IMG/VR virus record: IMGVR_UViG_3300042304_001334
Location: 4,033 to 68,032 of that record
Length of the DNA stretch: 64,000 nucleotides
Reading direction: 5' to 3' (one strand)
DNA from: a virus
Lineage: Duplodnaviria; Caudoviricetes
Positions 41,701-49,687 of the stretch are shown piece after piece. The notes under the pieces were generated by a model. The model had not been told where the DNA came from, made no database searches, and saw only the letters and a list, made by a program, of their open reading frames with translations. Each line of letters begins with the position of its first letter. Within the stretch, counting starts at the first letter, position 1. Position numbers and translations under genes: made by a program.

Positions 41701-42115
41701 CTACCAACATCATAAGCCTCGTTCTCGCACCCTCTTTTTCAACACCTTCACTTTTGTCATCACTTAAAATATTTCTCTGTGCCTGTATTCTATCGTTTGT
41801 GAGTGTTTTTTCTTGGTCTAAAAATTTAAGCTTTTCTTTAATTTTTTCGGTTTCTCTGCCCAACAGGTTTGATTGTCGTTTTTTGTTCTCACTGATTTGT
41901 TTTTCAATACTTTCATTAAATTGTTTGCTACGCTGCATTCCAGATTCTGCCGATTGCAATGCTTTTGTTGCATCAAGCCAAACATTTGTTTGTTTTGCCG
42001 ATTTCTGTATTTCTTCTGTTATACCTCTAAAAGTACGCGAAATATCCTCGGCAGATTCTTTAATCGCTTCGAGTTTATCGTATGTTTCGTCAGTTATGGT
42101 GGGTTCATCAGCCAT
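38726..42115 (-). CDS. tape measure protein
   Basis: 1129 aa, coiled-coil then Gly/Phe amphipathic repeats, follows the tail chaperone. Confidence 0.85.
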   Translation of the reverse strand: MADEPTITDETYDKLEAIKESAEDISRTFRGITEEIQKSAKQTNVWLDATKALQSAESGMQRSKQFNESIEKQISENKKRQSNLLGRETEKIKEKLKFLDQEKTLTNDRIQAQRNILSDDKSEGVEKEGARTRLMMLVDKSLELERQITQNTKLQSEMRDNILVALQRQETKLKANLILGEKIYRTETDRKELAEKVGKLHEALIKPLTEESKEFGKIKSLVMDVAKGGLTAWLALLQASLERWKELDKAAGEFRIKTGFLVSQTRELNNSAREVNAEMAQIGVGLDEAYGAASALTNQFQVIGIVTKDMVKDTAQMAANLGISVEDSAKIRSIFTSISKSSGITATQMMGAAARLAEMGGVAPAMVMKDIAEASEDSLKFLSKSPLALMRAAVEARRLGTTINSLSKSSRGFLNFQDSITSELTASAMVGKSLNFQAARRAAFEKDIVKSRQLALKEISKLGDFNKLDILQQEEVAKAAHMTVDEIIQQQNQTKILAALEKERPEMFKEYMAMQKKLREDEKAGTNDLVKQGEELVKRQMRQTELNKLTNSFKQIWTDISDALLPIANIIMPIIITAVRLLIIPIKLISSFVKGMLKPFDIIGSSLRSGNNSAMSMEKAMAGVAKFTESAAKWMEKLGELAGGIAKIYLWWSFFTGTLGRTNAYFRLMSLRVGQIWTAFKNIGTAVSNVFSGTGIGRSVSAFFGYVGGRVSALKTALSSAFSGAGMFSGIGRSVSAFFGYVGGRVSALKTILKPIGDAFSIFFTSIKNLFGSILGPKIMEFGGTIISIFKNMGTAVSRFFGGIASGGGVFARLFTFLGKFGTKFLKIFSIGIKKVPFIGWVISGLEAIYKLGSKFIDLWNDDSLNPGEKILKALVAIPAVLYDVFLSVFVDIGEWISRKLFGDGFTDKIVDGLSSIKNIVFDVLKWPFKKFLGWFKSDSQLAGESPSGIGLMLVDGLTSVGSMIFDALSSPFKKVMNFVSGIFGKNVGIARMIVDAIKSMGGTIFNTLSSAFKKVMEFVSSIPLIGRFFGGKDASKAAIEAKSIVESKINHMVEIVNMDELKMSIDKLTDAISSLGGAAGGATPVVNVNNNSDAMISKLDELINLLTGGAVAVHMDGTLVSKALARVS
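39863..40035. repeat. exact 68-bp direct repeat in the tape measure gene, 105-bp period
   Basis: 39863-39930 equals 39968-40035; encodes GIGRSVSAFFGYVGGRVSALKT twice. Confidence 0.9.
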
Positions 42116-42171
42116 GTTATATGATATTTATTATATCTTATATAAGTATATAATAACCGACATTTTTACCA

Positions 42172-42399
42172 TTATCGTATAGCTGGACGATGTATTTTTC
42201 CAGTAGAATTTTGTCCATTCTCAGAAGACTTGTGCTGATCAGCCTCGTTCTTTTTGGTGTCTGCCAGCTTTTTTATATAAAATCTTCGCAAATATACAGG
42301 CAGAGTATATGCCTCAGAATGACTGAATGCGCCGTTACTATAATAACAGAGGTTAAATACCTCTTCGTGCAGAGCTATTTTATACTCCAGAGGAAGGCC
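42172..42399 (-). CDS. start-less ORF, predicted frameshifted extension of the tail assembly chaperone
   Basis: 75 codons GLPLEYKIALHEEVFNLCYY...RPAIR in the +1 frame; in-frame TAG just upstream; no ATG or GTG. Confidence 0.7.
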   Translation of the reverse strand, partial: GLPLEYKIALHEEVFNLCYYSNGAFSHSEAYTLPVYLRRFYIKKLADTKKNEADQHKSSENGQNSTGKIHRPAIR

Positions 42400-43231
42400 A
42401 AAAGAAGTCTACACCCAATGGCAATGCCATCCGCTCGTTGTGTCCGCACGCGGTACATGTAAAATCAAATGTCATGTCCATGTCTGGAGTATTTTGTCTT
42501 ATATATTTACGAAAAGATATGCTGTCTTTGGCAAGCATATTATCCACAAACTTTTTAATCAATCCTCTATCATTGTTTCCATCAATTGCTATAATGGTGT
42601 ATTTTAAACGCGTGGTCATTTCTGGTGCGTTTGTTTTTGATAGTTTCGCCAAACCTTTCAATTCAGCATCAATATCATTTTCATCTTTGTGAGTAAGAAG
42701 TCTGTATGTAAGATTCTTTTTAGATATTGGCAGTTCAAAATTAAATGCATTTTCACCTTTTGTATGTTTGGTAAAATCAAATTCTTTGAACTTTACATCT
42801 CCAAGATTAATTTCTACTTCATTTTCTTCTCCGCATTTTGGACATGTAATTTTTGCAGAATATTTATCTCCATACGCCAATCTACGTGCTGCAACTAATA
42901 TAGCATTTTTGTCACCAACCACAATATCATCAAGTTTAACATTTGGAGTAACAATGATTGCTTTCAACAATTCATCAAGTACAACTCCCTTTTTAATAAG
43001 ATTTTGGTTGGTAAGAATATCTTCTTCTCTTGCGGTCATGTGTTTCAATTGAATGCGACCTGATGACAATGGAGAAGATAATGGATAAAAATAGCCTTCT
43101 GATGGAATGTCTATATATTCAACTGGAAAATCCAACTTTGTTTCGGCTGGCGTGACTGCCTGTTGGTTTTGTGTATGCACTGATGTTGAAACAGGTGCTG
43201 CTTGTCTTGATACTGGTATTGTATTATCCAT
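42380..43231 (-). CDS. tail/baseplate assembly chaperone (gp26-like)
   Basis: IPSEGYFY, MTAREEDIL, CPKC and CTAC pairs, ends FFWP; upstream of tape measure. Confidence 0.8.
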   Translation of the reverse strand: MDNTIPVSRQAAPVSTSVHTQNQQAVTPAETKLDFPVEYIDIPSEGYFYPLSSPLSSGRIQLKHMTAREEDILTNQNLIKKGVVLDELLKAIIVTPNVKLDDIVVGDKNAILVAARRLAYGDKYSAKITCPKCGEENEVEINLGDVKFKEFDFTKHTKGENAFNFELPISKKNLTYRLLTHKDENDIDAELKGLAKLSKTNAPEMTTRLKYTIIAIDGNNDRGLIKKFVDNMLAKDSISFRKYIRQNTPDMDMTFDFTCTACGHNERMALPLGVDFFWPSSGV

Positions 43232-43305
43232 ATTTATATAACGGTTGTTTGTTATATATATGAACTACAAAAAGTTTTGTGTATATATAAAAACTAAGAT
43301 ATTAT

Positions 43306-44292
43306 TTATATCTTTTTCTTTGAGTCTGATTCAACTGCTTTCTTTTTGTTTGCAGTAATCAATTGAATAACACCCATCAATAATATAGAACCAGCCGCTA
43401 TTGCTCCTATAATCCACATAGGAACAGTGGTTGCCATATATGCAAGACCCAGAAATGTGATGCCAGAAAAAATCATATTGAAGCTTTTGAACAACACACC
43501 AAGAATCACAAACAATATTCCAATACCACCCAACAATCTAACCAACCATACCATAAGTTCTTGTTGTTGTGCTTCTTTTAATAAACGAACTTGATCAACT
43601 GCGTCAGCACGAATGCGATCAACTTCTATTTTCTTTTCGGCTTCTATTTTTTCAATTGCAATACGATTAGCTTCTTTTAGTTGCGACTTTTCTTTTTCTT
43701 TTTGAACAATTATTGCTTCAGCATCATCCAATTGAGCTTTTTGATTCACAGCCAATTCAATTGTTGCTTTGTATTTTATATACAATCCATCTATACTTTT
43801 TTGAAGAGATTCTTTAATAATTTTTTCTTCAGCAACTTCTTTTTGAATTTCTGATTTTTTAGCGTCAGTTAGAACATCTGTACGCATCATTATTTCTTTT
43901 GAACGTAGATGTGCAATGGTGGTATTAATGTCTACTTTTTTCTTTTCTTGAGTTACATGATATACACCATAGTTTATTTCTGATATCTTAGCGAAATTCT
44001 CAAGGTCTTTTTCGCGAAGATCATTATATGCCTTTTGTGTTTCTGCCTTTAACTTGGCATATTCAGCCTCCATATTTTTTTTGTCATCTGCTGCTTTTTT
44101 TTCCGCTATTTCTGCCCTTTCCATTGCTTCTTTTGCTGACTGCGCTGCAACAACTGCCGCCACATTTACTTCTGGTTCTTTTGCTATTTGTTCGGATTTT
44201 TCCGGTTTCTTTCCAAAACTAGGCATCTTTGGTATACTTGGACATCCTGTCAATAGAAACAGAGCCAGAAATGATATGACTAGTTTTTTCAT
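43306..44292 (-). CDS. lipoprotein with coiled coil and C-terminal transmembrane helices, possibly spanin-like
   Basis: Signal MKKLVISFLALFLLTG-C lipobox; about three hydrophobic C-terminal helices. Confidence 0.7.
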   Translation of the reverse strand: MKKLVISFLALFLLTGCPSIPKMPSFGKKPEKSEQIAKEPEVNVAAVVAAQSAKEAMERAEIAEKKAADDKKNMEAEYAKLKAETQKAYNDLREKDLENFAKISEINYGVYHVTQEKKKVDINTTIAHLRSKEIMMRTDVLTDAKKSEIQKEVAEEKIIKESLQKSIDGLYIKYKATIELAVNQKAQLDDAEAIIVQKEKEKSQLKEANRIAIEKIEAEKKIEVDRIRADAVDQVRLLKEAQQQELMVWLVRLLGGIGILFVILGVLFKSFNMIFSGITFLGLAYMATTVPMWIIGAIAAGSILLMGVIQLITANKKKAVESDSKKKI

Positions 44293-44296
44293 GATA

Positions 44297-45364
44297 TTAT
44301 TTGATTGCTTGTTTTGCTCGTTTTGCTGCTTGTAGTTTCTTAATAATAAAGGCACGCTGTGCAGCTTTTCTTTTTTCTTCTGAAGATGACATAGCAGCAA
44401 GATCGCTTTCTGGAGCGTCGTCTAGTTGATTGTCTGTGTCAGCAGAAAGTTCTTTTCTCAATTCATCTGCGGTTTTCTTGACAAACGCTGGATCTAGATT
44501 GAGAGATACTTCTTCTTCGCTTGCACTTGAAGACAATTGTTGCATGATATCGCTGTCTGTTGTGTTGGGAGCAGCGGTCAAAATATTTTCAATTGCACCA
44601 CGAGTTGCTGTATCAAAGTCAGATCCACCGACACTTGAAACTGGTGCAACTTTCTTTGGACGACCCATACCAGCAATTCCTTTTGGAATATATGGTCCTT
44701 TTGGAGCTTCGGTTGGTGTGCCATCTGGAATGGTCTTGTGACCTTTGACTGCCCAGCCGGTTGGAGAACTTGAATCTTGCACTTTAAACTTGCTGCCCAC
44801 AGCACCTTTAACACGAATTTCTTCAATGTCCGATTCTGCAATAGCTTCGCGAATCATTCCCAAGATGTCTTCTTTGAGACTGCCCATATTTTTTGATGTG
44901 GATGGTTTTTTGAATCCAGATAATCTTTTGGTTTCGTCAATACGTTTTTGCTTTGCTGCAACAACTTCTTGAATAATTACTTTTAGTAGTGCTTTTAGTT
45001 CAGATTTTTTCATGGTAGTTTTGTTTTCTTGTAAATTATTTTCGCTGATTTTTGTATTTGGCATATCAGATTCAATCCACTTCTTTACTTTTTCAATCAT
45101 ATCTGAAGATTTCCAGTTAATTTCATATGGACTTATGTTCACGTCATGTTCTTTACCGTCCGGTCCTTTGACATAATGAAACAACTTGATATTGTCTTCT
45201 TCACGATCTTCATCTGCCCAAAATTTATATGGTCCTTTGCTAGTTTGAATCATAACAGAATTGTCAAACAACTCATTCAAATCAGTAGCATGTGTGTCTT
45301 GTGGCAATGGATGTTGATCTTGTAGCATTTCTTTGATCAAATCCTTTAGTTCAGATTTTTTCAT
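44297..45364 (-). CDS. MKKSELK-leader protein with a second internal leader
   Basis: MKKSELK at residue 1 and again in frame at 45013. Confidence 0.75.
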   Translation of the reverse strand: MKKSELKDLIKEMLQDQHPLPQDTHATDLNELFDNSVMIQTSKGPYKFWADEDREEDNIKLFHYVKGPDGKEHDVNISPYEINWKSSDMIEKVKKWIESDMPNTKISENNLQENKTTMKKSELKALLKVIIQEVVAAKQKRIDETKRLSGFKKPSTSKNMGSLKEDILGMIREAIAESDIEEIRVKGAVGSKFKVQDSSSPTGWAVKGHKTIPDGTPTEAPKGPYIPKGIAGMGRPKKVAPVSSVGGSDFDTATRGAIENILTAAPNTTDSDIMQQLSSSASEEEVSLNLDPAFVKKTADELRKELSADTDNQLDDAPESDLAAMSSSEEKRKAAQRAFIIKKLQAAKRAKQAIK

Positions 45365-45367
45365 AAT

Positions 45368-45871
45368 TTATTGTTTATCTTTTATAGCATTTATTCTGTC
45401 AATGACTTGACCTTGCTTCTTTGACAAACTTGCTTTTTTACGTTCAAGTCCTTCTATTTTTCTTTGAACTGGTGCATGCAGTTTGACTATATCAGCGTCA
45501 ATTTTGCGAATATCATTCGTGATTTTATCCAAAGCAGCTTGATATATTGCCAATGATTTTTTGTCTGAATCAGTCATACCAGATTCTGGAGCAGATACTC
45601 CAACCTCGGCTGCACCAACTTCACCAATTTCCTGAATAGTTTCATTTTGTTCAACTGAATCTGTATTTACACTAAAATACAAAACGCCGTTGTTTTCATA
45701 AATTTCTACAATTTCCAAATTGTGTGAACCGGCGTGAGTCATTATCTTCACATCTTTTATAGAATTTTCACCAACAATTTTATTCACAGCATCAGCGTTC
45801 TGACCAATATTTTCATTCAGTTTACGCTGAACAATTTCTTTGATAAGATTTCTTAGTTCAAATTTTTTCAT
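45368..45871 (-). CDS. MKKFELR-leader protein with C-terminal coiled coil
   Basis: MKKFELRNLIKEIV. Confidence 0.75.
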   Translation of the reverse strand: MKKFELRNLIKEIVQRKLNENIGQNADAVNKIVGENSIKDVKIMTHAGSHNLEIVEIYENNGVLYFSVNTDSVEQNETIQEIGEVGAAEVGVSAPESGMTDSDKKSLAIYQAALDKITNDIRKIDADIVKLHAPVQRKIEGLERKKASLSKKQGQVIDRINAIKDKQ

Positions 45872-46233
45872 TTGCCGTGCATTTTTAATATTTCAGCAGC
45901 AGCGGCTTTTGCTTTTTTAGCCAATTCAACTTCACGCTTTTCTTCTGGATTATTCATGTCTGTTTCATCATGTTCTTCATTCATTCCTTTAGCTTCCCAA
46001 GCAGCCCACATTTCACAAACACGCTGATTACCTTCATTTTTAGAATTATGCATCTTCCACATTGTTGCATAAGCTTTTTGTGGAACATCTTTGTATCTAC
46101 TCAACAATTTCTTTTTAAGAGCAGCTGGAAAATTTGGTGGAGTTCCTTCTTGTAGATTGGTTTCAGCCACTCCCAATCCAATTGCTTCTTTTACTATTTG
46201 TCTTACCAGTTGTTTTAGTTGATCTTTATTCAT
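45868..46233 (-). CDS. leader-family small protein
   Basis: MNKDQLKQLVRQIVKEA. Confidence 0.75.
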   Translation of the reverse strand: MNKDQLKQLVRQIVKEAIGLGVAETNLQEGTPPNFPAALKKKLLSRYKDVPQKAYATMWKMHNSKNEGNQRVCEMWAAWEAKGMNEEHDETDMNNPEEKREVELAKKAKAAAAEILKMHGK

Positions 46234-46282
46234 AGATTTTCTATTCTTATTTTTAAGTATATATAAATATCAATAAGTTTAT

Positions 46283-46345
46283 AAAAAAAGTGTATTTAAG
46301 TTACACAGTGTTTGCATTTATTGTGTGATTTGTGTGGCTTGGAAT
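46283..46345 (-). ncRNA. candidate ~60-nt small RNA or 12-codon mini-ORF transcript
   Basis: Downstream of TTGACA-N18-TACAAT (46350-46379); ends in GTGTA/TACAC stem plus U7. Confidence 0.3.
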
Positions 46346-46425
46346 CAAGATTGTATAGTCAGATATGAACAGATGTCAAGATCAAAATGCTCAACTACAT
46401 GTTATTATAACAATATATAAAAAAG

Positions 46426-46451
46426 AAAACCACCGATTATTCGGTGGTTTT
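46426..46451. terminator. intrinsic terminator after the tail tube gene
   Basis: aaaaccaccga-ttat-tcggtggtttt. Confidence 0.85.
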
Positions 46452-46482
46452 CAGGTGTAGAATTAAACTTTGACTTATTATA

Positions 46483-46980
46483 TTAAAATTGCAGAATACA
46501 ATAGTCCATGCTCAGTGTGACACTTATTGTCAACGCATCTCCTGCACTTGACCAATCCAGCGCAGTTGCATTGAAATCAACTTGTGAAGGAAACGCACCC
46601 TTGATGTCCCACTTTTCAACAATATCTCCAACAGGACCAAGAACTTGAATTTGTACGTCCTTCTTGTACATGTCGGCATACCCGTTGCGACCAGTGACAG
46701 ATTCATGTGCCAGACGCACCCATTCCATGCATGCTTGAGCAGCAGACGGAACGATTGGATCATACAAAGTGATATTAATGTCCTGCCATTCACTCTTGCC
46801 TTTCAACTTGCGCTTCAAATTGATATGATCCATTGTTATAACACCAACGTTGATATTGGGACGACCGGCTGCTTTTATAGTATACGCGGGTATACCGTCG
46901 ATATTCATTATGAAACGATTGGCCACTTTTGGCTCAAATGCTGTAAAGAAAATTTGATTTTGGTCTATTAGTTCTGCCAT
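46483..46980 (-). CDS. gp19: tail tube protein, gp19-like
   Basis: FEPK..NRF, W.DI.ITLYDPI, EWVR, GDIVEKW.IKGAFP; 165 aa. Confidence 0.88.
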   Translation of the reverse strand: MAELIDQNQIFFTAFEPKVANRFIMNIDGIPAYTIKAAGRPNINVGVITMDHINLKRKLKGKSEWQDINITLYDPIVPSAAQACMEWVRLAHESVTGRNGYADMYKKDVQIQVLGPVGDIVEKWDIKGAFPSQVDFNATALDWSSAGDALTISVTLSMDYCILQF

Positions 46981-47104
46981 AATATTGGGTGTTTAATTGT
47001 TTGTTCTTTGATTATAAATATACAATAAAATATAAAATAGTTTAATTATTATCAAAATTATTTAATCTTATAATAAGATAATGTTGGGAATTTTATGAAT
47101 GGTG

Positions 47105-47133
47105 TTGACATATTAATAAACGGTGTTCATTGT
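47105..47133 (+). promoter_or_regulatory. sigma70-like promoter TTGACA-N17-CATTGT, likely leaderless
   Basis: 6 nt before the ATG at 47140. Confidence 0.65.
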
Positions 47134-47139
47134 GCAATT

Positions 47140-47571
47140 ATGACTATATTCAATATAGAAAGATCTTTTACAGAAAAAGCCAAGCGTCGTTGGAATAAAA
47201 TCTTTATTGCTGTAGATGTGCATGATGTTATATTAGAAGCCAAATATAATCTAAATAATGATGGTGCGGATTATATGCCCAATGCAGTAAAAGTGTTGCA
47301 GCAATGGAGCAAGCGTGAAGATATATCTTTGATATTATGGACAAGTAGTCATGTCTTACCTGCCAGTAAAGTATTGGATAATCTTGAAAAACATAATGTA
47401 TATTTCAAACATGTAAATTGCAATCCAGAATGTCCAAATGATGCATTGTGTGACTTTAGCAAAAAGTTTTATGCCAATGTAATTTTAGATGACAAGGCGG
47501 GATTTTCAGGAAACGACGATTGGTTTTTAATTGAAAAAGAATTGAAACGAATTGGAGAATGGAAAGAATAA
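47140..47571 (+). CDS. HAD-superfamily hydrolase-like protein
   Basis: IAVDVHDVI (variant motif I), ILWTSS, ILDDKAG. Confidence 0.7.
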   Translation: MTIFNIERSFTEKAKRRWNKIFIAVDVHDVILEAKYNLNNDGADYMPNAVKVLQQWSKREDISLILWTSSHVLPASKVLDNLEKHNVYFKHVNCNPECPNDALCDFSKKFYANVILDDKAGFSGNDDWFLIEKELKRIGEWKE

Positions 47572-47664
47572 TTTAATATAGTACAAATAGTATTGACTAT
47601 ACCAATCAAATGTATAACAATAAATATTGTCAACTAATAACGGTTGATGCAACAAAAGAAAAAT

Positions 47665-47880
47665 ATGAAAAAGTATATCCTATTAGCACTAGCATCAGTA
47701 TTGTCAGTTGTAGCCGCAGAAAAGAAAGAACGCCCGCCGCTGACTGATGAGCAAAAAGCAATCGTCGCAAAGTATGACACAAACAAGGATGGTAAATTGG
47801 ACAAAGAAGAACGAGCAAAGATTACACCAGAAGATGCAGCAAAGTTGCCGCCTCCTGCCGCTGGTAAAAAGAAGCAATAA
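47665..47880 (+). CDS. small secreted EF-hand protein
   Basis: Signal peptide MKKYILLALASVLSVVAA; EF loop DTNKDGKLDKEE. Confidence 0.8.
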   Translation: MKKYILLALASVLSVVAAEKKERPPLTDEQKAIVAKYDTNKDGKLDKEERAKITPEDAAKLPPPAAGKKKQ

Positions 47881-47903
47881 GTTCGTGAAGCAATAATTCA
47901 CTT

Positions 47904-47940
47904 AAAAAAGAAGCCCCGAGAAATCGGGGCTTTTTTATTT
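47904..47940. terminator. bidirectional intrinsic terminator between convergent genes
   Basis: aagccccga-gaaa-tcggggctttttt. Confidence 0.88.
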
Positions 47941-47941
47941 C

Positions 47942-49687
47942 TTACTTTGAAAGTTTAGAAGCTATTCTTGCTATATCGCTATACACAGCATCATCATCTT
48001 TTTTGTATCTCGATGATATATCTTCAATATAAGGGTTTATGTCTGGATATATACCAAACTCAATTGCATACGATAATATTTGTTTTGCCGCGTTTTCAAT
48101 TTCTCGTTCATACCCATCGTTGTTCATGGCAATTTCTTTTACAGCCTTTGGAACGGTTGCATATCTACCAAATAAGAAAATATAAGTCAGAACATCGGAA
48201 GGACCAAACCCACTAACTGCTCTATATGCATCCTTTAATGTGGCACCGGCTTCCAAAGTATCGTCAATCAGCAATACATTTGCTCCTTTTATTTTCTTGA
48301 TCAAGTCAATAGAGTACCCTTCCGCAACAGTGTAAAACATGCTATAATACATTCTATTGGTAGCACCGACTTTTTTGATTTCAAATTCTTCTTCTCCGTG
48401 ATTTTTTTTCTTAGACTCTAAATCTCGAATGACATATTCAAAATATGACAGATCTTTTTTTAGGCTCTTGGCTCGTTTGTACTGATGCCAAAATACGGGT
48501 GACAATTGTACGTTTTTCCATTTGTCTTTTTTCAAAAATCCTTCCAATACCACTGCATTTGGAACATATCGTTTAACTTCATTTGCAACGACGTAATTTA
48601 ATTTGCTTTTTGATCCAAAAGGAATGATTACACTTATCTTTGATGCATCATACACTTCGGAGTTGAACAATCTTTCGACGGATATTTTAACCAAATTTCT
48701 TACAATCGATTTGCTGCCAGCACCGTGCTCTGGGTGCTTGACTGCATGGCGCAAATTTACAAGAGCAGTTTCCATATAATCATCGTCGCCGGCGTCTTTC
48801 ATCGCCTGCACTGCTTTTGGCATGACCCTGAATGCAGCGTAAACTTTCATTCCATGTACTGTAAAAAATTTACGTGCATCATCGTCGTCGGTAGGAACCA
48901 ATCCAAATTCACCCTCATCTTCGTCGGCCATCCAAGTCACAGATTTTCCATCCGGCGAAGATATACCGTCGTCAATTTTCTCTAATTCATTCACGCTCAT
49001 CTTTTTATCATAGTTCTTGGCTATATTGTCTTTGATTTTATCCAAATATCCATGAGCACGAATAATCTTGAATACTATATTTTCTTCACTCAATTCGCCG
49101 CCACTATCCAAACCAGATTGACGATACTTATAAAGCTTGTCCAACAGACTCTTTAGAGCAGTTTCATCATGTTTTGACAATAGTGTTGTTATCTTCTTTT
49201 TGTATTCTTTATACTTCTTTTTTATAAGTTCTTTGTTGAAAGTTGGACTTTCTTTAACAGGTTCTTGAATCCAATCATTTTTATATACACTATATGAACT
49301 GGCTGAAGTAGGTACATGTGCTGTGTCTTGAACATATATTTCAACATCATGACCTTTCATGGTAATATTATGTTTGTTGTTCCAACCCACTTTTATAGCA
49401 TCAAATAATGTTTGAGCATCATCTGCTGTCATATCTAAATCTTTAAAATCTGTGACAACATGCAAGTCAATGTCACTATAATCTGTCCAATTATAATTGG
49501 TGATGCTGCCAATGACAACAATATCATATATTTTTATATGTATATTATTTTCTTTCTTGAGATTGGCCACAAAATCTTGCGCGATTTTTAATAATCCTTT
49601 GCGCACTATATCATCAAGTTTGGCACCATCTTCATTGATGTTCCAAAGTTTTGGACAAAGATTATTGCGATATAAAGGATATTTCAT
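47942..49687 (-). CDS. Pol-beta-like nucleotidyltransferase fused to a type I phosphoribosyltransferase domain
   Basis: GSITNYNWTDYSDIDLHV and VEIYVQD; PRPP-loop VLLIDDTLEAGATL; start MKYPL. Confidence 0.8.
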   Translation of the reverse strand: MKYPLYRNNLCPKLWNINEDGAKLDDIVRKGLLKIAQDFVANLKKENNIHIKIYDIVVIGSITNYNWTDYSDIDLHVVTDFKDLDMTADDAQTLFDAIKVGWNNKHNITMKGHDVEIYVQDTAHVPTSASSYSVYKNDWIQEPVKESPTFNKELIKKKYKEYKKKITTLLSKHDETALKSLLDKLYKYRQSGLDSGGELSEENIVFKIIRAHGYLDKIKDNIAKNYDKKMSVNELEKIDDGISSPDGKSVTWMADEDEGEFGLVPTDDDDARKFFTVHGMKVYAAFRVMPKAVQAMKDAGDDDYMETALVNLRHAVKHPEHGAGSKSIVRNLVKISVERLFNSEVYDASKISVIIPFGSKSKLNYVVANEVKRYVPNAVVLEGFLKKDKWKNVQLSPVFWHQYKRAKSLKKDLSYFEYVIRDLESKKKNHGEEEFEIKKVGATNRMYYSMFYTVAEGYSIDLIKKIKGANVLLIDDTLEAGATLKDAYRAVSGFGPSDVLTYIFLFGRYATVPKAVKEIAMNNDGYEREIENAAKQILSYAIEFGIYPDINPYIEDISSRYKKDDDAVYSDIARIASKLSK

